Positions 40,101 to 49,700 of a stretch of 64,000 bases of DNA are shown here, in pieces (positions within the stretch are counted from its first letter, which is position 1; every line of letters starts with the position of its first letter). A program made the position numbers and the translations under genes. Origin of the DNA: Bacteroidota bacterium (GTDB taxonomy: Bacteria > Bacteroidota > Bacteroidia > UBA8524); NCBI GenBank assembly GCA_006226545.1, contig SBGR01000012.1:38156-102155 (forward strand), given 5' to 3'. The notes beneath the pieces are model-generated. The model did no database searches, was not told the origin of the DNA, and saw only the letters and a program-made list of their open reading frames with translations.

Positions 40101-41566
40101 TAGCTAATCCTTATTGCTATGGGGAGCAGGTAACATTGAATGCATTGCCTTCAGGCGGACTTCCTGCGCAATACCAATTGGCTTGGTATGATGAAAATGG
40201 CGCCGTAGCGACTCAAGGTTTATCCTGGAGTATCAGGGTTAGGGATTCGCTTAAGGCCTATGTGGTTTTGGAAGATTTATGTTCACGAGATGCAGATACA
40301 GCCTTCATTCATTTAACCACGCATCCGCCGTTGAGTTGGAGCCAGGTGGCAGATACTCAATTGTGCTTTGGGCAGTTTCTCGCTTTAACCCCGGTATTAA
40401 GCGGAGGTTTAGGTACTAATTACAGCTGGTCGCTTTCTGCTCCGGATAGCTTGACCTTGGTTCAAGGTCAGGCCTATGCTCAAAGTCGTTTGGTGGAAAT
40501 TATTGGCCGAGATGGGTGTAGTGATGAGGATACTTTGCAATTTTTAATTCAGGTAAGTGAGCCTTTGCATTTTGACAAAATCAGTGATACACTTTTGTGT
40601 TATGGTTCAGACATCACTTTAACGGCTGTCCCTGAAGGCGGGTTGCCGTTAAGTTATACGTTCACTTGGCAGGGTTTAGTTGGCACAAACACAAAGCAAA
40701 TTAATAATTTGTTGAGCGATACAAGTCTTACGCTTTGTTTAGGCGATGGTTGTTCTGTTCCGTATTGCGATAGCGTTCAGTTGACTTTATTTGATAGGAA
40801 CCTGGCCCGGATAGAAGGGGATACCCAATCCTGTTTTCCAGATCCGCTTAGTTGGGCAGCAGAGTACAAGCAGGGGGGAGGATCTTGGCGCTGGGTAATA
40901 CCAGGTCAATTGGATACGGTGAGTCAGCTTCCAGGTTTTAGCTGGAATGTTCCCAAATCTGGCGATTATCAATTGCTCCTTACACAAATAGACCAGAATG
41001 GTTGCGATGAACAGTCGGGTATGCGACGGTTGCGTAGTAGTCCTAAGCCCAATGCTTATTTCTATTCCAAAGTGGATTTTGTTGTGCCGGGACAAAAGAT
41101 TGAATTGCTTAGCGATGATCAGTCGGTGGTAAGCCATCGTTGGGAAGGGGGTGCAATTCCTGTGATGATCGGTTCTCAACGCTTTGAAGTTGAGTTTCCG
41201 GATTCAGGTCGGTTTGACTTGATGCATATAGCCCTAAATAGAGAAGGCTGTGCAGATAGTTTTTCCGTTTCCTTCGACGTAAAAGACTCGTTAAAATGTT
41301 GGCTGCCCAATGCCTTCATTCCTAAGGCAGATGGTGCAGGATTATTTTATGCCCCAGTTTGTACAGAATTAGCGGATATGTCGTGGCAGATTTACAACCG
41401 CTGGGGTCAACTTATTTTTGAAGCCGAGGGCGAAGAGTTGAAGTGGAATGCCCAATCACAAGACGGAACTCCGCTTCCAATTGGAGTATACGTTTACCGT
41501 TTTCAAGCAAGCAATCAACGTGGGGAGCGCGTAATTTATTCAGGGATAATTAATTTAATCCGATAG
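37130..41566 (+). CDS. giant secreted protein D (~1478 aa): signal peptide, SBBP-type beta-propeller repeats, ~10 Cys-containing Ig-like (SprB-repeat-like) modules, T9SS type-B (gliding-motility-associated) C-terminal domain
   Basis: Track start 37127 is TTG followed directly by ATG. Propeller-type motifs include DSLGNIYLLGWYYG, TDWQGNAYIAGKF and TDLQGNIFWLTSNF. There are repeated LC.GD…L…GG blocks. The C-terminus CWLPNAFIPKADGAGLFYAPV…YNRWGQLIFEAEG…GVYVYRF is the TIGR04131-like type B CTD. Confidence 0.88.
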   Translation: MKWSLKIAFALFCVLTWAGELMGQRLNWSSIDENQSHFGFVGYQGGRKNACTDRSGNLIYCSPFANFIHVDSQQHTANFETLIVKRDKDGHVLWSRTLSGTGFKSGHSIHADSLGNIYLLGWYYGNSSINGVNLYSYGNYDCFVVKLSSAGQILYTRTFGGAGYDYPFALTTDWQGNAYIAGKFSFTIQSGALSAAGGANSHFLLKLLPNGNVSYIRNTCTSGAGDWGKGDLAMGKDGKLYLVSNYFNTSVLDTVQLQNTGAGGYLAKIEPATGRVEKATKAGSEACLIDVGLSGELIIGGWHRSNLDSIASSRLPNLTGASEYYLARLTPQMNLVQSTLIKRNASGLTGQEDFRQLHIGTSGQLFLSGDLVGDFQVGNQPVQLIGYTNGSATQGALIKLEENLSLAWSASVSSQDTLGVPNPDFGCGIATDLQGNIFWLTSNFANSVQDTRLYLNQDTTAADTLKSRYKAYGIHIWSLSEPYIATQNTSPLVVCPGDSLPVNFLKYGIFDPGNVFQVELSDSNGSFEFARVLGQLADTAADTIHVEVPFDLHPGQYHFRVNGSNPRVKGSATELPIQVRGKPNAFAGNDVFFCLGDTVELGASGGGSYDWSGTAPLLDSFQAQVRALPGQDASFMVKVTDSLSSCYNLDTVEYRYRRQVFTQAIADTVLCAGQVLVAKIHLLDGDSAKLTSLWKDENGQVLSTADSLVLVPNRSMRIFVEVWDSCSLLSDTQSFHITLRDPLSIELVSDTLLCQNQASTLIPRFEGGDSLNYAYEWRDSASGQQLSLNAVLQSSFSSAQTLQVKLSDACTVQPDSVYIHVVVPDPLQVSLLDSLWLCPGDSVLLNASTQGGYPNSLLYQWGAQSPVIDSQYWWKPTSTSGLKLKLSDYCQTADSAEVFATLRTPKSLLLRADTLICQGETVLAWLTGFESDTAQYSFQWDGFAWGQTQVFYTPDSSFYPRLRIRDNCSLQAFYDSFFIDVRPELHLQVPVANPYCYGEQVTLNALPSGGLPAQYQLAWYDENGAVATQGLSWSIRVRDSLKAYVVLEDLCSRDADTAFIHLTTHPPLSWSQVADTQLCFGQFLALTPVLSGGLGTNYSWSLSAPDSLTLVQGQAYAQSRLVEIIGRDGCSDEDTLQFLIQVSEPLHFDKISDTLLCYGSDITLTAVPEGGLPLSYTFTWQGLVGTNTKQINNLLSDTSLTLCLGDGCSVPYCDSVQLTLFDRNLARIEGDTQSCFPDPLSWAAEYKQGGGSWRWVIPGQLDTVSQLPGFSWNVPKSGDYQLLLTQIDQNGCDEQSGMRRLRSSPKPNAYFYSKVDFVVPGQKIELLSDDQSVVSHRWEGGAIPVMIGSQRFEVEFPDSGRFDLMHIALNREGCADSFSVSFDVKDSLKCWLPNAFIPKADGAGLFYAPVCTELADMSWQIYNRWGQLIFEAEGEELKWNAQSQDGTPLPIGVYVYRFQASNQRGERVIYSGIINLIR

Positions 41567-41650
41567 CCTTAGTTATAGATAACTATAAAATTAGGAGATT
41601 ATTTGCAATTCAGAAGTTGAAATTAACCACTCGTCTGGCTATAAAATAAA

Positions 41651-41675
41651 GTACCCTCGTGGAGTGCGAGGGTAC
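41651..41675 (+). terminator. 9-bp-stem hairpin after gene D (no U-tract)
   Basis: GTACCCTCGtggagtgCGAGGGTAC. Confidence 0.3.
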
Positions 41676-41817
41676 ATGGAATTTCTTCCAAACCAAAACT
41701 CTATGAAGAGTAATGAGTAGATGTAGATAACTAGAAGAACGTTGCCTGAGTTTTTAGAAAAAATGAAAAGTTTTTAAGAATGAATGTCAATTCTTCCACA
41801 ATGGCTAATTTTCAGGT

Positions 41818-42375
41818 ATGATAGATTGGTCATTGTTTCAAGCTTCTCAGGGTGATTTTCTCCTTTCCGAACCTACATTATCAGATGAGAATTTTGCTCG
41901 AACCGTTGTTTTGTTGGTGAGCAAAGACGAAGAAGGTGTGTTAGGATTCATTATGAACAGGCCCTTACAGCTAAAGTTCGCTGATTTGGGCGAGGATTTT
42001 CAATCATTCGATGCACAGGTGTTTGAAGGCGGGCCGGTGGAGACCAATACGCTTCACTATGTACATGCCTTTGCGGATTTGCCGGGTGCACAGCCACTAT
42101 TAGAGGGTGTATTTTGGGGAGGCGATTTTGAAATGCTCAAATCCCGACATGCTGAATGGTCGCCAAACACAGTACGGTTTTTTTTAGGTTATAGTGGATG
42201 GGGTGTTGAACAGCTCGAACGTGAAATAGCTGAGCGCACCTGGGTGGTAGCCCGAGGGCATAAACAGGCTGTCTACTATCCTAATCCAGAGCGCTTATGG
42301 TCGCATTTAATTCGGAGTCAGGGTGGCGAGATTGCAGCCTTAGCGAATTATCCTCAAGATCCCAGCTGGAACTAA
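41818..42375 (+). CDS. yqgE: YqgE/AlgH family protein (UPF0301/DUF179)
   Basis: 185 aa with the SEPTLSDENFARTVVLLVSKDEEGVLGFIMNRP…FEGGPVE…GYSGWGVEQLEREI pattern typical of YqgE/AlgH. Confidence 0.8.
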   Translation: MIDWSLFQASQGDFLLSEPTLSDENFARTVVLLVSKDEEGVLGFIMNRPLQLKFADLGEDFQSFDAQVFEGGPVETNTLHYVHAFADLPGAQPLLEGVFWGGDFEMLKSRHAEWSPNTVRFFLGYSGWGVEQLEREIAERTWVVARGHKQAVYYPNPERLWSHLIRSQGGEIAALANYPQDPSWN

Positions 42376-42376
42376 C

Positions 42377-43384
42377 TTATCGATTTAGTTGTAATTGGTA
42401 ACAGTCAGACGCAAAGGCTTGTAAAACCTGCCGTTGCTTGTCGATATTTCTGCCTTTGGTCATTACGCTCAAGATAAAAGGTCGGCCTGCTACGTAAATA
42501 ATTCCTGTTTCATGCAATTGTATTGGAAAGCCATTAGCAGGGGCGTTTTGATTGATGCGGATGCCGTGTTTGTGCGCAAGTTGCACAGTCGCTGGAATCG
42601 CTTTTTTAAAGCCCGCTTTGTACTGGCTATTGGAAAGCATCTTGAGGGCCATTTCTGAATGTTCGTAATTCAAAAAGTTATGGTTGTACAAGGCATTGTA
42701 GATGCCGCTCAAGTGTGTCACTAGAATGATATCTTCCGTATTGGTGGCGGAATTGGGAATTTTAGCTTGAAGTTGATCTTCGGTTTCCTCCAGAAAGCCC
42801 GGTTGTTTTCCATCGATATAATACAATATTGCCAGGGTGGCTCGGTTATCAGAAAAGCGCACCATAATATCGGCTAGCTCGGCCAAAGAATAAGGTCTGT
42901 TCTGCCATTGTTGGTAAACCTCGTTTTCTTCCCAATTCATGTAATCATGAATGTCTTCAACATGAGGCACGTCTGTTAGGTCTGATAAATTTGCTTTGTT
43001 GGCCTCCACTAGCTTAAGCAGTCCAACAAGTGTTGGGACCTTCAGCAGCGATGCCGGAATAAATTTCTGTTCCGGGTGAATGCTCACACGGGTATTTGTG
43101 TTTAAGTCGCAGTAGTGAACGGCAATAGCTTGAATGTCTTCCTGAGCTTCATAGTGGTTGACAATCGAGTCTAATGTTTGATTTAGCATTTCCAGCCAAG
43201 CATGTGTTAAGCTAGAATCTGAATCTGACAGTGTTTCACGGGTATACCTGTAGGGGGTCTCTTTCACGGTAGATTGAGCCGAGGTAGTTTCCTTTTTTGC
43301 TTTTTCGGGTGAACAACCGAAGACGGAAACGAGGGAAAAAGAGAACAGCCAAAAGCTGTTTGAACAATAAAATCGAACTGGCAT
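42377..43384 (-). CDS. class A beta-lactamase-related serine hydrolase, lipoprotein
   Basis: 335 aa with a lipoprotein signal (…FSLVSVFGC-SP). Has an S-x-x-K motif (ASLLK), an SDN motif (RFSDNRAT), and a KTG-box analogue that reads KHG. Has a ~60-aa N-terminal extension relative to typical class A enzymes. Confidence 0.55.
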   Translation of the reverse strand: MPVRFYCSNSFWLFSFSLVSVFGCSPEKAKKETTSAQSTVKETPYRYTRETLSDSDSSLTHAWLEMLNQTLDSIVNHYEAQEDIQAIAVHYCDLNTNTRVSIHPEQKFIPASLLKVPTLVGLLKLVEANKANLSDLTDVPHVEDIHDYMNWEENEVYQQWQNRPYSLAELADIMVRFSDNRATLAILYYIDGKQPGFLEETEDQLQAKIPNSATNTEDIILVTHLSGIYNALYNHNFLNYEHSEMALKMLSNSQYKAGFKKAIPATVQLAHKHGIRINQNAPANGFPIQLHETGIIYVAGRPFILSVMTKGRNIDKQRQVLQAFASDCYQLQLNR

Positions 43385-43795
43385 TTGATAACAAACTTAC
43401 CCCTGCGCTCACCCCGATTCCATATTATTTCATCGAAATTAATGCTAGAAAAAAGTCGAATGCCGGGTAGCTGAAAAATGTTTTTAAGTATCTAATATTC
43501 AATGATTCAGAGTTGATTTCTCGACGCGTATTGAAGTTTGAGAATGAGCATAGAACATGGTTGCGTATAACTATGTGTTTCGTAAATGGGCAATTAATTT
43601 CTAATTTTGAATCTATTAGTCCTAAGCCAGGGATTATATTTCATAGTTCAAAAACCAAACTCACTTTGCGGATTTCGCGTGGTCAGTTTGTGCTATCCTA
43701 GTTAGGACTTGGAATGTTTCTGTGCGTCGGATTAAGATTGTCCGACAACCCCAGCCCGGACTCTTATTAATGGGGGGAAACACATATAAGTCAGA

Positions 43796-46700
43796 ATGAT
43801 TAAACATTACTTTCAAACCAAGCTGTGGCTAGTTTTAGTCACACTATGTTCGGCTGTGGGGTTAAATGCTCAGTCATTTACATTCACTCCAGCTGGCGCA
43901 ACGGGGCAAAATGGCCCAACCCAAGCTCAAATTAACATTGCCTACCAAGGGGGGAGCCTTGATGGAAATGTACTCTCAGTAAGCGGTATCCAATACTGGA
44001 TAGTGCCTATTACAGGAATTTACCGTATTGAAACAACAGGTGCACAGGGCTACGGTCCTTTCGGTGGACGTGGTGCGAAAATGACGGGTGAATTTTTCTT
44101 AAACGCAGGTGATACCTTGAAAATGGCTGTAGGCCAAGCAGGTGGAGCCCCGGTTGGTGCTGGTACTAATCAGTACGGCGGCGGCGGTGGTACATTTGTA
44201 ACCAAATTCGATAATACACCATTGATTATCGCCGGTGGCGGTGGAGGATCTTGGGCTTCTGCCTACAATTCAACCACCGATGCAAATATTGGAACTTCGG
44301 GTAACGATGGTGTTAACGGACCTGCTAACAATGGCGTAGGTGGAATAAATGGAAATGGCGGAAATGGCTTAAGCAATGCCGGCGCTGGTGCAGGATTACT
44401 CTCAGATGCAACCGGAGATGTTTCCGGTGGTGATGCGTTTGTCAATGGTGCAGTTGGCGGTAGAGCAGCTACCAATGGTGGCGAAGGTGGTTTTGGTGGA
44501 GGCGGTGGCGCTTCCAGTTACAACAACCGTCGTTCCGGTGGTGGTGGTGGATACTCTGGTGGAGGTAGCTCCGCTGCAAGTAGCGCTACAGCTGGCTTTC
44601 CGGAAGGCGGCGGCGGTGGATCTTACAACGCCGGCGACAGACAAAACAACGTTGCTTCTGTAGGTTATGGCGATGGTGAAATCGTTATCACAATCTTGTC
44701 TACTGGTGCTTACAACGATGCAGGTGCTATCTCAGTTGATGAGCCTAAAGTATTTTGTTCTGGTCTGAACGACGTCATTGTTTCGGTAAGAAACTTTGGA
44801 GCCAACAGAATGGACAGTGTTCGCATCAACTGGATGATTGACACATTGCTTCAGCCTTCCTTTACCTATGTAGGTACTTTAGATACTATCGGTGGTACCG
44901 GTAGCAATACAGTTCAAGTAAACCTTGGCGCATTTAACTTTGGATCTGGTCCGTATGCAATAAAAGTATGGACAAGCCATCCGGGTGGTGGTATCGATAC
45001 AGTTAACGTGAACGATACGGTACGTGTAGTTAGACAAGCTAACCTGCCACCTCCAACTAATCTTTCAACTTCTAACATTACCACAAGTTCAGCAAACCTT
45101 AAATGGGAAGGCGGTAATTCACTAAATACTTGGGCATATGTGCTTTCTACATCAGCTAGTACGCCGGTTGGCCCGGGAACAATTGTGAGTGTAGATAGCG
45201 TTGTGTTTAACAACTTGGCAAGCCGCAGAACCTATTACTTCTACGTTCGCGAAATCTGTGCTTCAGGCGATAGTAGTGTTTGGGAAGGCCCAATTTCGTT
45301 TAGAACGGATTGTGGTAGCCCATTGGCCGGTACGTATACGCTTGACAAAAACCAAGCGGCTTCAACTACCAACTTTGTTTCATTTGAAGATGCTGCCTTG
45401 GCGCTTGCAGGATGCGGTGTAAATGGTCCGGTAGATATTTATGTTTCTGCAGATACCTATACCGAAAGAATTGAATTACCTGCAATTTCAGGTGCTTCAA
45501 GTGCTAATTTGATTCGCTTCATTGGTGCAGGGATTGGTCAAACCATCCTGACTTACAATGCCTCAAGTACTGCTGACCATGCAACGTGGACTTTTGACGG
45601 AGCTGACTTTGTTGAACTTCGCGATATGACCATCGGTGCTACGAATGCTACCAATGCCATTGGTGTTATGTTTACCAATCAAGCTGATAGCAATGCTATT
45701 CGCAATGTGAATATTGAGGTAAGTACTTCTGCTACGGGTACCGGAATCTTTGGTGTTGTCTTTTCTGGAGATAAAACGAGCGGAACCGCTTACGGTCGGA
45801 ATGGTGATTACAACCACCTAGACAGTGTGAACATCACAGGTGGTTACTATGCTATTCGCTTAAATGGTGAATCTGCCAACTATACCATTGAAAACCGTTT
45901 CACCAACATGTCGATTACGAATTTCTACATGTATGGTATCTATGCTTATTACAACAAGTTAACGGTTATCGATAATTCAACGATTCAAACTACTAGAAAT
46001 ACGGGTTCTGATGGTATTTATACCTTCTATTTGGCCAACCCAACCATTACGAATAATACAATCGTAGTTCCTGATTACGGTATCTATTTTAGCAACCTAA
46101 ACCCGGCGGCTAACTACGATAGCGGCATTCCTAGTTTAGTAGCGAATAACAAAATCATCAGTACAGGCGATTACGGGGTTTACCAGATTAGCAACGGCGG
46201 TGCTTTGCGTTTTGTGCACAATAGTGTGAACGTAAACTCTGGCTACGCAGTTCGCTTGAATGGCGGATCTAGAATGGTGGTAGCCAATAACCACATGCGT
46301 AATTACCGCACTACAGCTGCATCTTACGCTTTCTATACAACTGGTAGCTTCGATACATTAGACTACAATAACTACTTCAGCTTAGGTAGTGGCGACTTCT
46401 TATACGACGGCACAGCCTATAGCGATTTTGCTCGCTGGAAGTCGGATCATGCTCTTGTTGGACAAGAATTGTTTAGCTATAACGTTGATCCTAACTTTAT
46501 CAGCAATACCGATTTGCATATTGATCAAACCGTTCAGAACCTTCGTGGTATCGACTTCGGAATGACCTTGGATGCTGACGGAGATGTGCGTTGTGAGTTT
46601 GCTCCAACATTGGGTGCGGATGAGTCTAATTTTGCTACTCCAATTCCAACTGCACAAGTGGTTAGCGAAGATTCAATCTACGTGAACTCACCAAGCGGTT

Positions 46701-49700
46701 TCTACTCTGCATACCAACCATTGCAAAATGTACTTTGGGATTATACTTGGTACGTTAACGGTTCGCAAGAAAGTAAGTCGGTCGACTTCACTAAAACATT
46801 TGGATCAACAGGTACCTACCAATTGATTCTACGTGCAAGAAGCTGCTCAGGGGCTGATAGAGATACCTTGATGGTCAATGTAATCAACCCATCTCGCGTT
46901 CCGGCTACAGACTTCACAGCAAGCAAGCTTATCTTGAATCCATTGGAAGAGACCAAACTTTCTGATCTTTCAGAGTACGGTGCAACACAATGGGAATGGA
47001 CGGTTGTTCCTTCTACTAATGCATTCTTTGATAACCCTTACAGCAATGAGCCAACTTTGACAATCTTTGATCCGGGATCCTATGAAATTTGCCTTCAAAC
47101 AGCAAACTCAGTAGGTCAAGGAAACAAATTGTGCAAACGTGCTTATATCTCTGTAAACGATGATCGTGCAATGTGTGCTTCCAACAGAACTACCAATAGC
47201 GCAGGTCGTCTTACTGACGAAAACGGAGTATTGGGTAACTATACCCCAAATACCAACTGTAACTTCACCATTAACCCATGTGCCGGTCAAGTAGTACTTC
47301 GCTTCACAGAATGGGGAGTAAACGATGCAAACGATAAACTTTACCTATACAACGGTTTAGATGCAAACGCACCTTTGCTTGGTGTATTTGATGGAACTTC
47401 ATCTTTACCGGGTGGTGTTAACGGTATCGTTGCCAACAGTGGTAAAATGCACGTTGTTTGGACTACCGATGGTGCAGGACAGGGAACCGGTTTCGTAGCA
47501 TACTGGTCTTCTATTGCAGATACCACTACAAGTGCTCCAGTTGCCGATTTCAATGTACCTGATTCAATTTTTGTGGATCAAATTGTAGAATTTACCAGCA
47601 CAAGCCAAGGTCAGTCTCTGAACTACGTTTGGGATTTTGACCTTCCTAATTTGGAAGCAGGGCTCGACGGTGGAACCGGAATGAGCGATCGCTACAGCTG
47701 GAATGCAGGCGGACAATATCCTGTTCGTTTGATGGTTTCTAACTGTGGTGGTGTTGATACCATGGATAAAATGGTTGACGTAATTGCACCAACTAGCGCT
47801 CCGGTACCAGGGTTTACTGCCAGCCGTTTGCGTTTGCCGGTATTGAGTACATTAACCTTAACCGATACTAGCCGTCAAGGACCAGCTACTTGGAACTGGG
47901 AAATTACGCCTGCTGCTACCGTAAATATCTTGAGCAAAGATCAAGGACCTCAAATGCAAGTAGCATTTATGAAGAGCGGTTTGTACACCGTGAAATTGAA
48001 AGTAAGCAACAGTGTAGGTGTGGATAGCGTAGTTCGTGTTGATTACATTGAGGTATTCGATTACTGTGCACCTGTTGTAGGAAATATTAGCTCGGATGTA
48101 GCTATTAGCCGTGTTCAGTTTGGTGGTATCGACAACTACAGCAGTGTTGGTGTAGATAAATACACTAGCTATATCAACGACTTCAATGCTGAAGTACTTC
48201 CTAGAAGAAGCACATTCGATATTCGCTTAGAGCGCATGAATACCCAAGATCCAATGAATAGAAAAGTTTGGATCGATTGGAACAATGACGGTGACTTCAA
48301 TGATTCACTTGAACTTGTTGCGTATGAAGCTTCTGCTAATACCCAATCTTATACTGCTACAGTTACAGTTCCTGATTTTGCAGTTCCAGCCTTTACCCTA
48401 CTACGTGTAGGTGTAAGCTACGGTGCTGATCAGAACAGAGCTTGCGGTATTAACCCAACAGGTGAGTTTGAAGATTATCCGGTACAAATTATAATCGATA
48501 ATGAAGGTCCGGTAATTACCATGCTTGGACAGGATACTGTTTACGTAGAACAAGGTTACCAATACACCGATGCCGGTGCAACAGCATTAGACAACGTAGA
48601 TGGAAACCGTACTTCCTTCATTACCTTAAACAATACCGTTGATACTTCAATGGTTGGAAACTACTTCGTGAAATACAATGTGTTAGACGTTGATGGAAAT
48701 GCGGCAGTAGAACAAACTCGTGTGGTGATTGTAACGCCGGATGTTACAGCTCCGGTAATTACCTTGACGGGCGCGAACTCTGTTAATGTAACCGTGTTAA
48801 CCACTTATACAGACGACGGTGCAACTGCTAGCGATTACTTCCAACAGAACTTGAACAATAGCTTGAGTTTTAGCGATAACATCGACATGACTCAATTGGG
48901 TACTTACCACTACTGGTACACTGTTCAGGATGCTGCAGGTAACTACGACTCCGTTGCCAGAGAAGTAAATGTAATTGACGATGTAAATCCGGTGGTTATT
49001 GTTGCTAACGCAGGTCCAATTGTGATTGACGTTTACGAAGACATCAATGCTCCAGCATTTAACATCACCGATAACTTTGATCCAAATCCGGTAGTTGTCA
49101 TTGACAGCAGCGCGGTAGATAAAACAATGCCGGGTATTTACGACATGGTTTATACCGGTATGGATGGATCAGGTAATACAAGTAGTGTAATTGTTCAGGT
49201 TGAAGTGAAAGACCTCACTTTGCCAGTTATTACCTTGATTGGTAGCGATACCGTGATTGTTGATGTATACGATAGCTACAATGAACAAGGTGCTCAGGTA
49301 ACGGATAACTACTGCAACGGTTTAACCTGGTCTGTAATGAATCAGCCGATGACCTCTGTTCTTGGAGATTATGTATTGAGCTATAACGCTGTGGATTGCC
49401 AAGGTAATGCGGCACTCACTGTGAATCGTGTTGTGCGCGTTGTAGACCGTGAAGCTCCGGTTGTGGAGTTGAATGGATTTGCAGTTAGCACCATTATTCG
49501 CTGGCAAGGTTTCAACGATCCGGGAGTAACCATCGTTGACAACTACTACGACAATGCACAATTGCAAGATTCAGTGAAAATTACCAGCAACTTGGATCCA
49601 AATACAGTAGGTGTGTACAGCATGTGCTACCGTGTAACCGACTTGTCTGGAAACACTTCATCAAGCGTTTGTAGAACAGTAAACGTGGTTGAGAACTTGA

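Noticed and set aside
18400-49600. Numerous 60-150-aa ORFs on the minus strand or in other frames inside the giant genes (e.g. 22301-22732, 33399-33668, 40787-41179, 45563-45817)
   Set aside because: All lie antisense or out-of-frame within long, well-supported coding regions with clear domain structure. They are chance ORFs and no independent coding signal is evident.
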